This document shows, one piece after another, positions 1 through 11,100 of a stretch of 64,000 nucleotides of DNA; the stretch's first letter is position 1, and each line of letters begins with the position of its first letter. The stretch is from an uncultured Verrucomicrobiae bacterium (GTDB lineage: Bacteria; Verrucomicrobiota; Verrucomicrobiia; Limisphaerales; JAFGQR01): positions 139,299 to 203,298 of the forward strand of contig CAWBHS010000110.1 in NCBI GenBank assembly GCA_963788655.1, given 5' to 3'. Below the pieces are notes generated by a model, which worked only from the letters and a program-made list of their open reading frames with translations, searched no databases and was not told where the DNA came from. The position numbers were made by a program, and so were the translations under genes.

Positions 1-590
1 ACAAGAACTGGACGGATTACACCTATTCGCTTAAAGCCCGCAAACTGGGCGGGGCCGAGGGATTTCTCATCCTGTTTCGGGTGCAGGACGAAAACGCCAA
101 GTCCTGGTGGAACCTCGGCGGCTGGGGCAACCGACGTCACGCGGTCGAGATGGGCGGGATCATCGGCAATGAAGTACCGGGCCGGATTGAGACGGGTCGC
201 TGGTATGACATCCGCATCGTCCTCAGCGGCGGGAACGTCAAGTGTTACCTCGACGGCAAGCTGATGCACGACGTGGATTATCCTTCGATGAAGTCCATTT
301 ACGCCTCCGCCACGCGGGACAACCACAAGGGCGAAGTGATCGTCAAAGTCGTCAACGTGGACAGCCAACCGCACGCAACCGCGATCCAATTGGACGGCGT
401 ATCTCAAGTGAACGGCCCGGCCCAAGCCATCGTGTTGACCGCTGCAAACCCTACCGCGGAGAATTCCCTGGCTGATCCCAAGAACGTGGTTCCGAAGGCC
501 GAGACACTGAAGCTCAACGACGCCACCTTCCAGCATACGTTCCCCGGCAACTCGGTGACCGTACTGCGCATTCCGTCCAAAGCGAAGTGA
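1..590 (+). CDS. Alpha-L-arabinofuranosidase (GH51-type) C-terminal part, 5'-truncated by the window edge
   Basis: Frame open from window start; C-terminus 'SIYASATRD...VIVKVVN...ENSLADPKNVVP...TFPGNSVTVLRI' resembles the GH51 C-terminal beta-sandwich. Confidence 0.75.
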   Translation, partial: KNWTDYTYSLKARKLGGAEGFLILFRVQDENAKSWWNLGGWGNRRHAVEMGGIIGNEVPGRIETGRWYDIRIVLSGGNVKCYLDGKLMHDVDYPSMKSIYASATRDNHKGEVIVKVVNVDSQPHATAIQLDGVSQVNGPAQAIVLTAANPTAENSLADPKNVVPKAETLKLNDATFQHTFPGNSVTVLRIPSKAK

Positions 591-594
591 CCCC

Positions 595-753
595 CAACGT
601 GCTGCCGGCATCCTGCCGGCAGACCGAACGTGGCAATCGCAGTCGAACTGAGGATGGATGTTGGTGCGCACTCCCCGCGTCCGGTTCTTCCGGCGAGACG
701 CCGAAAGCACGTTGTCAGCGTGCTGCCGGCATCCTGCCGGCAGACCGAACGTG
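595..753. repeat. REP-like palindrome family A cluster (CGTGCTGCCGGCATCCTGCCGGCAG)
   Basis: Identical 35-nt copies at 598-632 and 719-753, inverted variant at 687-714. Confidence 0.85.
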
Positions 754-854
754 AAGATTACGTTCGAATTGAGAACCAAGTCTGTGCGCACTTGCCACGC
801 CCTGGCGGTGAATGATGTCCACATCGTGAACGAATCACCGATGGCTTCCAAACC

Positions 855-1003
855 TCGCGTAGCGTTTGGCGTGCGCCCGGCTTGCCGGCGCTTTCGGATA
901 GGAACAAGCGATAAAACACATGCGATGCACCCCGCTTCAATGCGGCACCCCGGCACCAAACGAAAGCGGGAGCAAGCTCCGCGCACTCCAAACGCTGGCG
1001 CGA
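855..1003. repeat. REP-like family B inverted doublet
   Basis: Arms 855-895 (TAGCGTTTGGCGTGCGCCCGGCTTGCCGGCGCTTT) and 962-1003 (AAAGCGGGAGCAAGCTCCGCGCACTCCAAACGCT); near-identical arms at 7716-7818. Confidence 0.85.
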
Positions 1004-1052
1004 CTCATTGACCACCTTTCCAATGCGAGCGCCCACTATACGACCCCAACCC

Positions 1053-1324
1053 CAGCGTGCTGCCGGCGTCCCGCCGGCAGTTTGGAACGAAAGCTTCAAT
1101 TAAGGACCAATGACCAAAATCCAAGCACCAGCGAATGCCCAAGGTCCAATGACCAATTGCCAACCAACCGGCAGCAATCGCTTGAACGTATGTTGGACCT
1201 TGGGCTTTGGGCCTTCTTTGGCCATTGGGCATTTATCCTTGGTCATTTTGCAGCGACTGCGGTCCAAAAAACAGTTGCTCGCCTCCTTCCATCCGTTCCT
1301 GCCAGCGGGACGCTGGCAGCACGT
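1053..1324. repeat. Family A inverted doublet enclosing a periodic CCAATGA/TTGGGCC-type inverted-repeat tract
   Basis: Forward arm 1053-1080, reverse arm 1299-1324; internal low-complexity arms ~1107-1165 and ~1193-1248. Confidence 0.75.
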
Positions 1325-1406
1325 TTAACAGCCTTCTTCTCTTCAGCCGGCCCAATAAAAATTGGTTTGTCGGACCGAGTGGCCTGCGGCAAGCTCACGC
1401 TTCCTT

Positions 1407-2734
1407 ATGCAGCAAGTAAACATAGGCATGATTGGTGGCGGCACGGTGGGCAGCGGCGTGTTTCATCACCTGCAACGCAACGGGTCCCTGATGGCGTCGC
1501 GCCTTGGCGTCAAAGTCAGCCTTCGCCGAGTCGCTGTGAAGGCCTTCGACGAACCCCGACCTTATGACATTCCCCGCTCGTATCTGACGACCGACTGGAA
1601 AAGCGTGGTGGCGGACCCCAAGGTCCACGCCATCATTGAACTGGTCGGCGGCACCACGCTCGCCCGCACCATGATGCTGGCGGCGCTGCAAGCTCGGCAA
1701 ACCGGTCATCACCGCCAACAAGGCGCTGATTTCCGCCCACGGCGAGGAACTGTTTGCCGCTGCGCAAAAGTTCGGCACGAACCTTTACTACGAAGCCAGC
1801 GTGTGCGGCGGCATTCCGATCATCAAATCGCTGCGCGAAGGTTTCGTCGGCAACCGGATCACGCACATTTACGGCATCGTCAACGGCACCTGCAATTACA
1901 TCCTCACCCGGATGAAGCTGGAGGGCGCCGATTTCGCCGAGGTGCTGGCCGACGCGCAACGCTGGGCTATGCCGAAGCCGAACCGCACCTGGACATCGAC
2001 GGCTACGACTCGGAGCACAAGACCGGCATCCTGGCCTCGCTGGCGCACGGGTTCTGGGTCAAGCCCAAAGAGATTCACGTCGAAGGCATTCGCCACATTT
2101 CGCGGTTGGACATGCAATACGCCCAGCAGCTTGGCTACACGATCAAGCTGCTGGGCATTGTGAAACAAGACGGGCAAAAGCGAGTCCGCCGGGAACGGAT
2201 CCGCTGATTCAAGTTTCCGTCTATCCCGCGCTGATTCCGAACGCCCACGTGCTGGCCAGCGTGAACGATGTGTTCAACGCGGTGTTCGTGCGCGGCGACA
2301 TCGTGGGCGACACGTTGTTTTACGGACGCGGCGCCGGCAAAGACGCCACCGCCAGCGCCGTGTTGAGCGACATGGCGGATGCGGCGCTGGACTTGAAGCC
2401 ATGGCACCAAGCATCGCGTTGCCGCCGTTCGTGCCGCACGCACGCGCAAGGCGCCGTGCGCCGATCGGTGAAGTCGTGTCGCGGTACTTTGTCCGGTCTG
2501 AACGTGGTGGACCGACCGGGCGTGCTGGCCAAAATTGCCGCCATCTTTGGGCGGACGCAACATCGGCATTTCCTCGGTCATCCAACCGGAAGGCCATGAA
2601 GGTGAAAGCGTGCCGTTGATTCTGATGCTGCACGACGCGACCAACGGCGCGATGCAAAAGGCGTTGGCCAAAATCGCGCGACTGGCCGCCGTCAAAGCAA
2701 GCCGGTGATGATCCGGGTCGAGAACTTCGAGTAA
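1407..2734 (+). CDS. hom: Homoserine dehydrogenase with C-terminal ACT domain (several frameshifts, probably sequence errors)
   Basis: GGGTVGSG Rossmann motif, TANKA, YEASVCGGIPII, GIVNGTCNYIL, GYAEA.P..DIDGYD, YGRGAGKDATASAV, ACT 'DRPGVLAKIA' spread across frames. Confidence 0.9.
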
Positions 2735-2774
2735 GGCAACGCGGAGGCAGACGCAAAACCAGTTGATGCCATGT

Positions 2775-4139
2775 ATGGGCACCGTCCTGTTTCAAAGCAC
2801 CAATGGACATTCCGCCGCGGTCAATCTGCGCGAGGCGTTGTTGACCGGTCAGGCACCGGATCGCGGCTTGTATTTCCCGCAGGATATCCGCGGTTTACGG
2901 CTGAAGAAATCGCCGCGTTCGCCGAGATGCCGTATCACGAAATCGCGTTCCGCGTGCTCTGGCCAATGCACGAGGGCGCCATCCCCCCCCAGGCGCTGGC
3001 CGACATGTGCCGCGAGGCATATGACTTTGACGTGCCCCTGGAAATCGGTCACGACCGCGTCCATGTCGATGCGACTGGATCGCGGACCGACGGCGTCCTT
3101 CAAGGATTTCGCGGCCCACATGATGGCGCGGATGATCGGACGCTTTGTGCGGGAGACGGGCAGACGCTGACCATTCTAACGGCCACCAGCGGTGATACTG
3201 GTTCCGCGGTGGCGACGCGTTTCACGACATGCCCGGCATCCGGGTCATTGTGCTTTTCCCGCTCGCGGAAGTCAGCGACCGCCAGCGCAAGCTAATGACC
3301 ACGCTTGCGCGGAAACATCCGCGCCATGGCGGTTGACGGCAAATTTGACGATTGCCAGGCGATGGTGAAACAGCGCATTTGCCGACCCGGCCTTGCGGCA
3401 CATTCCGTTGTCCTCGGCCAATTCCATCAACATCGGCCGGCTGCTGCCGCAGAGCTGTTTACTATTTTTATGCCGCCTCGCGGCTGGCCCAGCCGGGGGA
3501 ACCAATGGTGTTTGCCGTGCCAGTCCGGCAATTTTGGTGACATGATGGGCGCCGTCGTTGCCGGGAGATGGGGTTGCCGGTCAAACGAATCGTCGGTGCC
3601 GGTCAATGGCAACGACGAATTCCCCCACTTCCTCGCCACCGGCGAGTACCAAAAAATCGAGCCCGTCGCGCAACTGGCTTTCCAACGCGATGAATGTGGG
3701 CCATCCCAGCAACCTGGCGCGCTTGGTGGCGGTCTATGGCGGGCAGATGGACGAAACCGGTGCGCTCCATCGAACGCCGGATATGGATGCCATGCGGCGG
3801 GCCCTGTTTTCGACGCCGGTCTCGGATGAACAAACTCAGGCCACGATCCGGGACGCTTGGGATCGGCACAAGCTGTTGCTCGAGCCGCACGGGGCCGTCG
3901 GTTGGCACGGATTCCTGGATTATCTGGATTGTGAACCGCTGGGCGACGCGCCGGTGGCCGTGCTGGAAACCGCGCATCCGGCCAAGTTCCCCGAGGAGAT
4001 CGAACGTTTGCTCGGCTTTGCGCCGGAAACGCCGCCCGCCCTGGCCGCCCTGGATCAATTGGCCGAGGACTACGACATGATGCCCGTGGACGACGAGTAT
4101 TTCCGGTCGTACCTGATTCACCAACACGCCGCGCAATAG
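2775..4139 (+). CDS. thrC: Threonine synthase (several frameshifts, probably sequence errors)
   Basis: GQAPDRGLY, GPTASFKDF (PLP lysine), ATSGDTGSAV, FDDCQ, NSINIGRL, SGNFG, SNAMNVGHPSN, EPHGAVG, ETAHPAKF. Confidence 0.9.
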
Positions 4140-4321
4140 ATCGCTTCCTGCATCCTTACACTGTCCGGGGTAAGGACTACCTGAGCGCGCCCCCCACTGG
4201 ACAAGCCGACCAACTGGCCCCAAATTGAACCATGGCCCTGCGGGGCCCCGGCGCATGCAATGAGGCGTCGGCACGTCGAAAGGATAGTGTGATGGCTATG
4301 GTCAAGTTTGGTGATTTCGCG

Positions 4322-4885
4322 ATGGTTTCGAGGCACAAACTTCTTCGCTCCTGCGGCACGGCGCTGTTGGGAGTTCTCGCCCCGGCAACAGTTTTCTTCA
4401 ACTCAATCCACGCGGCGCAAGTGGCTGAACATCCAAGTGCAATTTCCGCTGTCAACCGGCAAGCGGCAAGCGGTGCGGCCGTTGCTTCAGTTGCCGAGGC
4501 CAGACTGCAGCCGGCCGTTTGGTATTATCCCGCCACTCAAAAGTCGGTTAGCACGCCACTGGGCTTGCCGGTTGCTTACTCGTATTATCCACCCCAGAGT
4601 TATCCGCCGCACCGGTTCAATCCATATCTTTACGATCCCTCGATCCGCAACCTTTACTCGTTGAATCGCCCCCTTAGCGACATGGACATTCGCCGGAACA
4701 TCGACAATCGACTTTTCGACGACACCTTGCTGGACGCCACAAACATCCGCGTCAACGTGCGCAATGGCGTCGCCGTAATGACCGGGTCTGTGAATTACTG
4801 GGAATCGTTCTACCGGGCGGAACGTGATGCTTATATGGCTGGTGCCCGGCGGGTGATCAACCAATTGCGCGTCATCTATCGCTGA
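4322..4885 (+). CDS. Secreted BON-domain protein
   Basis: Signal-peptide-like N-terminus, Tyr/Pro-rich linker, C-terminal 'DMDIRRNIDNRL...IRVNVRNGVAVMTGSV...GARRVINQLRV' BON pattern; start codon uncertain (ORF opens at 4232). Confidence 0.75.
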   Translation: MVSRHKLLRSCGTALLGVLAPATVFFNSIHAAQVAEHPSAISAVNRQAASGAAVASVAEARLQPAVWYYPATQKSVSTPLGLPVAYSYYPPQSYPPHRFNPYLYDPSIRNLYSLNRPLSDMDIRRNIDNRLFDDTLLDATNIRVNVRNGVAVMTGSVNYWESFYRAERDAYMAGARRVINQLRVIYR

Positions 4886-4906
4886 TACGGCCTGCGCGGT
4901 ATTCCC

Positions 4907-5065
4907 GGTAGGGCGAGACTCCGTCGAGCCCTGACTCTCCCGGAGGGTATTCGCAAATCCAAAACCGACCAACGGGAAATTGTGGGGGTTCGATACCCCG
5001 AAGGCTTTTTGCGGTTTCAGCTTATTGTGTTCGAAGACACCGCGGAGAAGTTAGGGCTCGACGGA
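4907..5065. mobile_element. ~170-bp MITE/REPIN-like element, family C, copy 1 (right arm degenerate)
   Basis: GGTAGGGCGAGACTCCGTCGAGCCCTGAC arm; internal similarity to 7913-8084 (inverted) and 56755-56925. Confidence 0.7.
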
Positions 5066-5133
5066 ACTACTGACTTCGTTGCGTCGGATTGCGTATGGCG
5101 TCGGGCGGGACGCCACGTTAAATTGGCGGCGCT

Positions 5134-7671
5134 ATGGCCGAACGGCTGCCCATTTACGAGATCGAGTCTGAATTGGTGATCCGGTTGAAATCCAACCGGC
5201 GCCTCATCCTGCAAGCACCCACCGGCTCTGGCAAATCCACCCAGGTGCCGCAGATGCTGCTGGAACACGGCTTCCTCGACCGCGGCCAGGTCGTCACCTT
5301 GCAACCCCGCCGGTTGGCGACGCGTTTGCTCGCCGCCCGCGTGGCGTCGGAACGCAACGTCGCCCTGGGACGCGAGGTGGGTTATCAAATTCGTTTTGAA
5401 CGGGTCGCCAGTGCCGAAACCAAGATCAAGTTCGTCACCGAAGGTATTCTGCTGCGCCAGATGATCCAAGACCCGCAGCTGGCAGGCGTTCAAGCCCTAA
5501 TCTTTGACGAATTCCACGAACGCCATCTTTACGGCGACATCACGCTGGCCCGAGCGTTGGATTTGCAGGAAACGTCCCGACCTGACCTGCTGATCATCGT
5601 GATGTCCGCCACGTTGCAGGCCGGTTTTCTGGAGCAGTATCTGGCGCCGTGCTCGGTGCTGACGTCCGAAGGGCGCACGTATCCGGTCGATATCGAGTAT
5701 GCGCTACGTCGTGCCGGGATGACCGCGCCCCCGGTTTGGGAACTGGCGGCCGCCGCGTTCAGCCAGCATGTCCGGACGGATGGCACCGGCGACGTACTGG
5801 TGTTCATGCCCGGTGGCTACGAAATCAGCCAGACCATCGAGGCCATCCGCCATTGCCCGGAAGCCAAGGGTTATCTGCTGTTGCCCTTGCACGGCGAACT
5901 ACCCACGCGCGACCAGGATGCCGCGGTGGCGCGTTACCAACAACCCAAGGTCGTCGTCTCCACCAACGTGGCCGAAACGTCGCTCACCATTGACGGCGTC
6001 CGGCTCGTCATCGACAGCGGCCTGGCGCGCATCCCGCGCTACGATCCGCACCGCGGCATCAACACGCTGTTCATCGAAAAAATCAGCCAGGCCTCGGCCG
6101 ATCAGCGCACCGGCCGCGCCGGCCGAACCGCGCCGGGACGTTGCGTGCGGTTGTGGTCCTCGCAGGAACACTGGGAACGGCCGGCGCACGAGTTGCCGGA
6201 AGTCAAACGGCTGGATTTGTCGGAAGTGGTGCTCACGTTGAAGGCAGTGGGCGTGACCGATTTGCGCCAGTTCCGCTGGCTGGAGCCGCCGACCGAGCAA
6301 AGCCTGGCCGACGCCGAAACGTTGTTGGTTGATTTGGGCGCGTTGGATCACCGGGGGTACATCACCGAAACGGGCCGCAAGATGTTGGCCTTTCCCGTGC
6401 ATCCCCGCTACGCACGCATGTTGTTGGCCGCGCAGGAATATAAATGTGTTTATCACGCGGCACTGGTGGCGGCGCTCACCCAGGGACGCGACCTCTTGAT
6501 CCGCAAACCGGGCCGTGACGCCGAACAGTTTCGCGACGACAAATTCGGTGAACGGGCGCCTTCGGATTTCTGGATTTTGATGCGCGGCTGGAATTACGCG
6601 GCGCAAAACAATTTCAACCTCGACGCCTGCCGTAAAGCCGGGGTTCACGCGCTGACCGCCCGGCAAGTCGGCCCGTTGCACCAGCAATTCCTGCGCATTG
6701 CCCAGGACGAAGGGTTGGACATCCAACCGGGCTCCGTGCCGGACGCCGCGTTGCAGAAGTGCATTCTCATCGGTTTCTCGGACCGGGTGGCGCGTCGGCT
6801 GGACGAAGGGACGCTGCGTTGTGAACTGGTCCATAATCGGCGCGGGGTGCTGGCGCGCGAAAGCGCCGTGCGCAACGTGCCGCTACTGGTGGCTGCCGAA
6901 ATTCGTGAGGTGGAGGGCGCGCAGAAATCCGTAAACACCCTGCTGTCGCTGGCGACGGCGATTGAGGCCGATTGGCTGAAAGAACTGTTCCCGGAAGATC
7001 TCGCGAGTGCCGTGAGCGTCCACTACGACAGCACCGCCAAACGGGTTTGCGCCGAGGAACAACTACGGTTCCGCGACCTGGCGCTTACTTCGCGCCGCGT
7101 CGAGACTCCCCCCGCGGACGCTGCCGCCCGCATCCTGGCCGAGGAAGTTATTCAAGGACGTCTGACGCTCAAGCAGTGGGACCATGGCGTGGACCAATGG
7201 ATTCTTCGCTTAAACCTGCTTAGCCGCTGGTGTCCCGAGTGCGAGTTGCCGCCCATCCTGGCCGAGGATCGTCGGCATTTGATCGAGCAGATTTGTCATG
7301 GCGCCGTTTCCTACAAAGACATCAAGGATCGCGAGGTCAAATCCACGGTCAAGTCCTGGCTGTCGCGCGCTCAACAAGACTTGGTGGACCAGCACACCCC
7401 GGAACGGCTGGCGTTTGCGAATGGCAAGAAGCCGAAGGTCACTTACGTGGCGGACGGGCATCCGTACATCGCGCTGCGGATTCAGGAACTGTATGAAGTG
7501 AAAAGGACGCCGCGCCTGGCCATGAACCGGGAGCCGGTGCTCATTCATATTCTGGCGCCCAACATGCGGCCCGTGCAAATCACCCAAGACCTCGAAGGCT
7601 TTTGGCGCGAGCATTACCCACGCGTCAAACAAGAGTTGCAACGCAAATACCCCAAACACGAATGGCGGTGA
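5134..7671 (+). CDS. hrpB: ATP-dependent DEAH-type helicase HrpB
   Basis: APTGSGKST, QPRRLA, DEFHER, MSAT, TNVAETSLTIDG, QRTGRAGR; HrpB C-terminus 'LAPNMRPVQITQDLEGFWREHYPRVKQELQRKYPKHEW'. Confidence 0.93.
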   Translation: MAERLPIYEIESELVIRLKSNRRLILQAPTGSGKSTQVPQMLLEHGFLDRGQVVTLQPRRLATRLLAARVASERNVALGREVGYQIRFERVASAETKIKFVTEGILLRQMIQDPQLAGVQALIFDEFHERHLYGDITLARALDLQETSRPDLLIIVMSATLQAGFLEQYLAPCSVLTSEGRTYPVDIEYALRRAGMTAPPVWELAAAAFSQHVRTDGTGDVLVFMPGGYEISQTIEAIRHCPEAKGYLLLPLHGELPTRDQDAAVARYQQPKVVVSTNVAETSLTIDGVRLVIDSGLARIPRYDPHRGINTLFIEKISQASADQRTGRAGRTAPGRCVRLWSSQEHWERPAHELPEVKRLDLSEVVLTLKAVGVTDLRQFRWLEPPTEQSLADAETLLVDLGALDHRGYITETGRKMLAFPVHPRYARMLLAAQEYKCVYHAALVAALTQGRDLLIRKPGRDAEQFRDDKFGERAPSDFWILMRGWNYAAQNNFNLDACRKAGVHALTARQVGPLHQQFLRIAQDEGLDIQPGSVPDAALQKCILIGFSDRVARRLDEGTLRCELVHNRRGVLARESAVRNVPLLVAAEIREVEGAQKSVNTLLSLATAIEADWLKELFPEDLASAVSVHYDSTAKRVCAEEQLRFRDLALTSRRVETPPADAAARILAEEVIQGRLTLKQWDHGVDQWILRLNLLSRWCPECELPPILAEDRRHLIEQICHGAVSYKDIKDREVKSTVKSWLSRAQQDLVDQHTPERLAFANGKKPKVTYVADGHPYIALRIQELYEVKRTPRLAMNREPVLIHILAPNMRPVQITQDLEGFWREHYPRVKQELQRKYPKHEWR

Positions 7672-7715
7672 TGCGGACACTGGGTCAAGCTGGGTGCGCC
7701 CTACCTCAAAGAAAT

Positions 7716-7818
7716 GCGGGAGCAAGCTCCACGCACTCCAAACGCTGCGCGAGATTGGGGCGGGCCAGCCGCAACGTCGCGCTAGCGTTTGGAGTGCGTC
7801 CGGCTTGCCGGCGCTTTC
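7716..7818. repeat. REP-like family B pair (arms in opposite order to 855-1003)
   Basis: GCGGGAGCAAGCTCCACGCACTCCAAACGCTGCGCGA at 7716-7752 and TAGCGTTTGGAGTGCGTCCGGCTTGCCGGCGCTTTC at 7783-7818. Confidence 0.85.
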
Positions 7819-7912
7819 CCATGATGGGTGGCGTGGTTGGGTTTGTTGACGGCCTCGTAGCTTTGAGGCGCACGAGCAATTTGAAGGCGGCTTCGAACGC
7901 GCCCACCCCTCC

Positions 7913-8084
7913 GGTAGGGCGAGACTCCGTCGAGCCCAAACTTCCCCTCATTACGTTCGAAGACCGGAAACCGAAACTGCGGAAAGCCTCCAACCTTTCG
8001 AGAGCCAGCATTTTCCCTTTGGCCGCTTCACGTTTGGCGAACGCCCTCCGGGGAAATCAGGGCTCGACAGAGTCTCGTCCTACC
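7913..8084. mobile_element. ~170-bp MITE/REPIN-like element, family C, copy 2
   Basis: Terminal inverted arms GGTAGGGCGAGACTCCGTCGAGCCC ... GGGCTCGACAGAGTCTCGTCCTACC. Confidence 0.8.
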
Positions 8085-8148
8085 ACATGCCGCGCAGTTT
8101 TTTACCACATCATCGTTTCAACCTTTCAACGCTTCAACCCCGTCCCCC

Positions 8149-11100
8149 GTGCCCGCTTCACCATCCATTGATGAATTAAAGCGACTCCTGCCGCAGTGTC
8201 TGTTGCCGGATCAGGTGCGGATCGGGCGGTTGTTGGCTCATGGGCTGGCCCAATTGCGCCAAGGCAAGGCGGCGCCCATGCCGGTGGCGCGCTGGCTCGG
8301 CCAAGCCCAGTGCTTCGATTCATCTTCGCCAGCAACGGGCGGCGCTGGCGCAGCATGTTTCCTACCCGGACGAACTGCCCATCACCGCCAAGAAGGACGA
8401 AATTGTCGCCGCCCTCAAAGCTCATCCGGTGGTGATCGTGGCGGGTGAAACCGGTTCCGGCAAAACGACCCAACTCCCAAAAATGTTCCTCGAAGCCGGA
8501 TTGGGCGCACGGGCGCGGATTGGCTGCACTCAACCCCGGCGCGTGGCGGCGCTGTCCATTGCGCGCCGGTTGGCGGAGGAAATGCACGTGGGCTTTGGGC
8601 GGGAAGTCGGATGCAAAATTCGGTTCGCGGATCAGTCCCGCCCCCAGACCAGCCTCAAGGTGATGACGGACGGAATTCTGCTGGCCGAAATCCAGGGTGA
8701 TCCGTTGCTCGCCGAATACGAAGCTCTCATCATCGACGAAGCCCACGAGCGCTCGCTGAACATAGATTTTCTCCTGGGCTACCTGAAGCTGCTCTTGCAG
8801 AAGCGCGATGATCTGAAGCTCATCATCACTTCGGCCACCATCGATACCGAGCGCTTCTCGCGAGCGTTTGACGGCGCGCCAGTCATCGAGGTATCGGGCC
8901 GGATGTATCCCGTGGAACTGCGCTACTCGCCGCTCGACGAAAACGCTGAGGACGAAGGCGAATTGACTTATGTGGACGCGGCGGTAAACGCCGTGGACCG
9001 TATTCTCGAGGAACCGCTGGCGGGCGACATCCTGGTGTTCATGCCCACCGAACGTGACATTCGCGAAACGTGCGACCTGCTCCAAGCCCAGCATCGGGAC
9101 CGGCTGGACGTGACCCCTTTGTTTGGCCGACTGACTTCCGGTGAGCAACAGCGCGTGTTCTCTCCCGGACCGCGCCGGCGGGTGGTGGTGGCCACGAACA
9201 TCGCGGAAACCTCGCTGACCGTGCCGCGCATTCGCTACGTGGTGGATACGGGACTGGCGCGCATCAGCCGCTATCATCCCGGCACCCGCAGCAAGCGCTT
9301 GCCGGTGGAACCGATTTCGCAAAGCAGCGCCAATCAACGCAAGGGACGTTGCGGACGCCTGGCGGACGGCGTCTGTATTCGGTTGTATTCGGAGGCGGAT
9401 TTCGACGCGCGCCAACCTTACATCGAACCCGAAATCCAACGTTGCGACCTGGCCGATGTCATCCTGCGCATGAAAGCGTTCCAGTTGGGCGAGATGGAAA
9501 CATTCCCCTTCATCGAGCCACCGAGTCCATCTGCCGTGCAGGGCGCCTATCAACTGCTCCAGGAACTCGGCGCGCTCGACGAGCAACGCGAACTGACGCG
9601 GCTCGGTCGTGACCTGGCCCGGTTGCCGGTGGACCCGGCGGTGGGCCGGATGATCCTCGAGGCGCAACACGAACGCGCGTTGCCGGAAGCGCTGATCATC
9701 GCCGCCGGCCTGAGCGTGCAGGATCCGCGCGAGCGCCCGTTGGACCAACGCGACGCGGCCGAAGCCGCTCATCGGCGGTTCCAACATCCGCAATCGGACT
9801 TCCTGACGTTACTCAATATCTGGAACGCCTATCACGACAAGTGGGAATCGCTGAAGACGCAGAACCAGCTCCGCAAGTTTTGCAAAGGGCATTTTCTGTC
9901 GTTCGTGCGCATGCGCGAATGGGTGGACGTCCACGGACAATTGCAGGACGCCGTCGAGGAATTGAAGTGTTCCGAAAGGACCAGTGTTCCACGGGAAACC
10001 AAGCCTCCCCAAACCCACCGTGGCAAACGAGCCGGCGCCGAATTCGATGCCCGTTACGCGGCGGTTCACCGTTCCATTTTAACCGGCCTCTTCGGCCACG
10101 TGGCCCAGCGGGAAAACCGTAACCTGTATCGTTTGGGCGGCAACAAGCAGGCCATGGTGTTTCCCGGATCGGGACTCTTTGAGAAGACCGCTGGCCGTGG
10201 CAGCGAGGGCAAGCCGGCGTCCAAACTCTGCGCGAGTTCAGCCGAACCAACTCCCGCGCAGCCGAAATGGCTGATCGCCGGTGAACTACTTGAAACCTCC
10301 CGGCTGTTCATCCGCATTGTGGCGGCCATCACCCCCGACTGGGTCATCGAACTGGCGCCGCATCTGATCAAGATCGCGCATGAGCATCCACATTGGGATC
10401 GCGAGGCCGGGCGGGTGTTGTGTACTGAACGCATCACCTTGCGCGGGCTGGTGCTGCGCGAGGGGCCGACCGGCTATTTGAAAGTCAACGCCGCGGACGC
10501 CACGGAGATCTTCATCCGGTCCGCGTTGATCGAAGAAGATCTCGATGGCCGCCACGCTTTCCTGGAACACAACCGGAGGTTGCGCCGCAAAATCGAGATG
10601 TGGCAAACCCGCATGCGCCATCACGCCAGCGTGGACCTGGACGAAGCCTTGTTTGCGTTTTACGCCGCGCGCGTTCAGAACGTCGCTTCGATTCACGACC
10701 TCAATCGGCTGCTAAAAGGGCAGGCCCAAAGCGATTTTCTATGCGCCACCGAAGCCGACCTGTTGGGCGAGCAGGCAGCGAGTTTCGATGCCGGCACATT
10801 TCCCGACGCAGTGCAAGTAGGCCGGCACTCAGTTCCCGTCAATTACGCCTACGCGCCCGCCCAGGAGGACGATGGCGTGACGTTCCGCCTGACTTACGCG
10901 CTCGCCGAAGCGATTGATCCCGCAACCTTGGACTGGGTGGTTCCGGCGCTACGCGAAGAGCGCGTGCATCACTTGTTACGGCTGTTGCCCAAAACGATGC
11001 GTCGCCCGCTGATGCCGCTCAATGTGACCGCGCGCGCAATCGTCGAGCACGTTGACCCAACGTCCGGTTCGTTCCTCGAAGCAATGAGTCAGTTTGTGCG

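Noticed and set aside
598..753. Two identical 35-nt repeats as a CRISPR array
   Set aside because: Only two copies, the 86-nt interval contains an inverted copy, the family is dispersed, and there are no cas genes; fits REP elements.
8126..9793. Long antisense or alternate-frame ORFs (also 16482-17800, 40301-41269, 53393-55921)
   Set aside because: Shadows of well-supported genes in GC-rich DNA, with no recognisable motifs.
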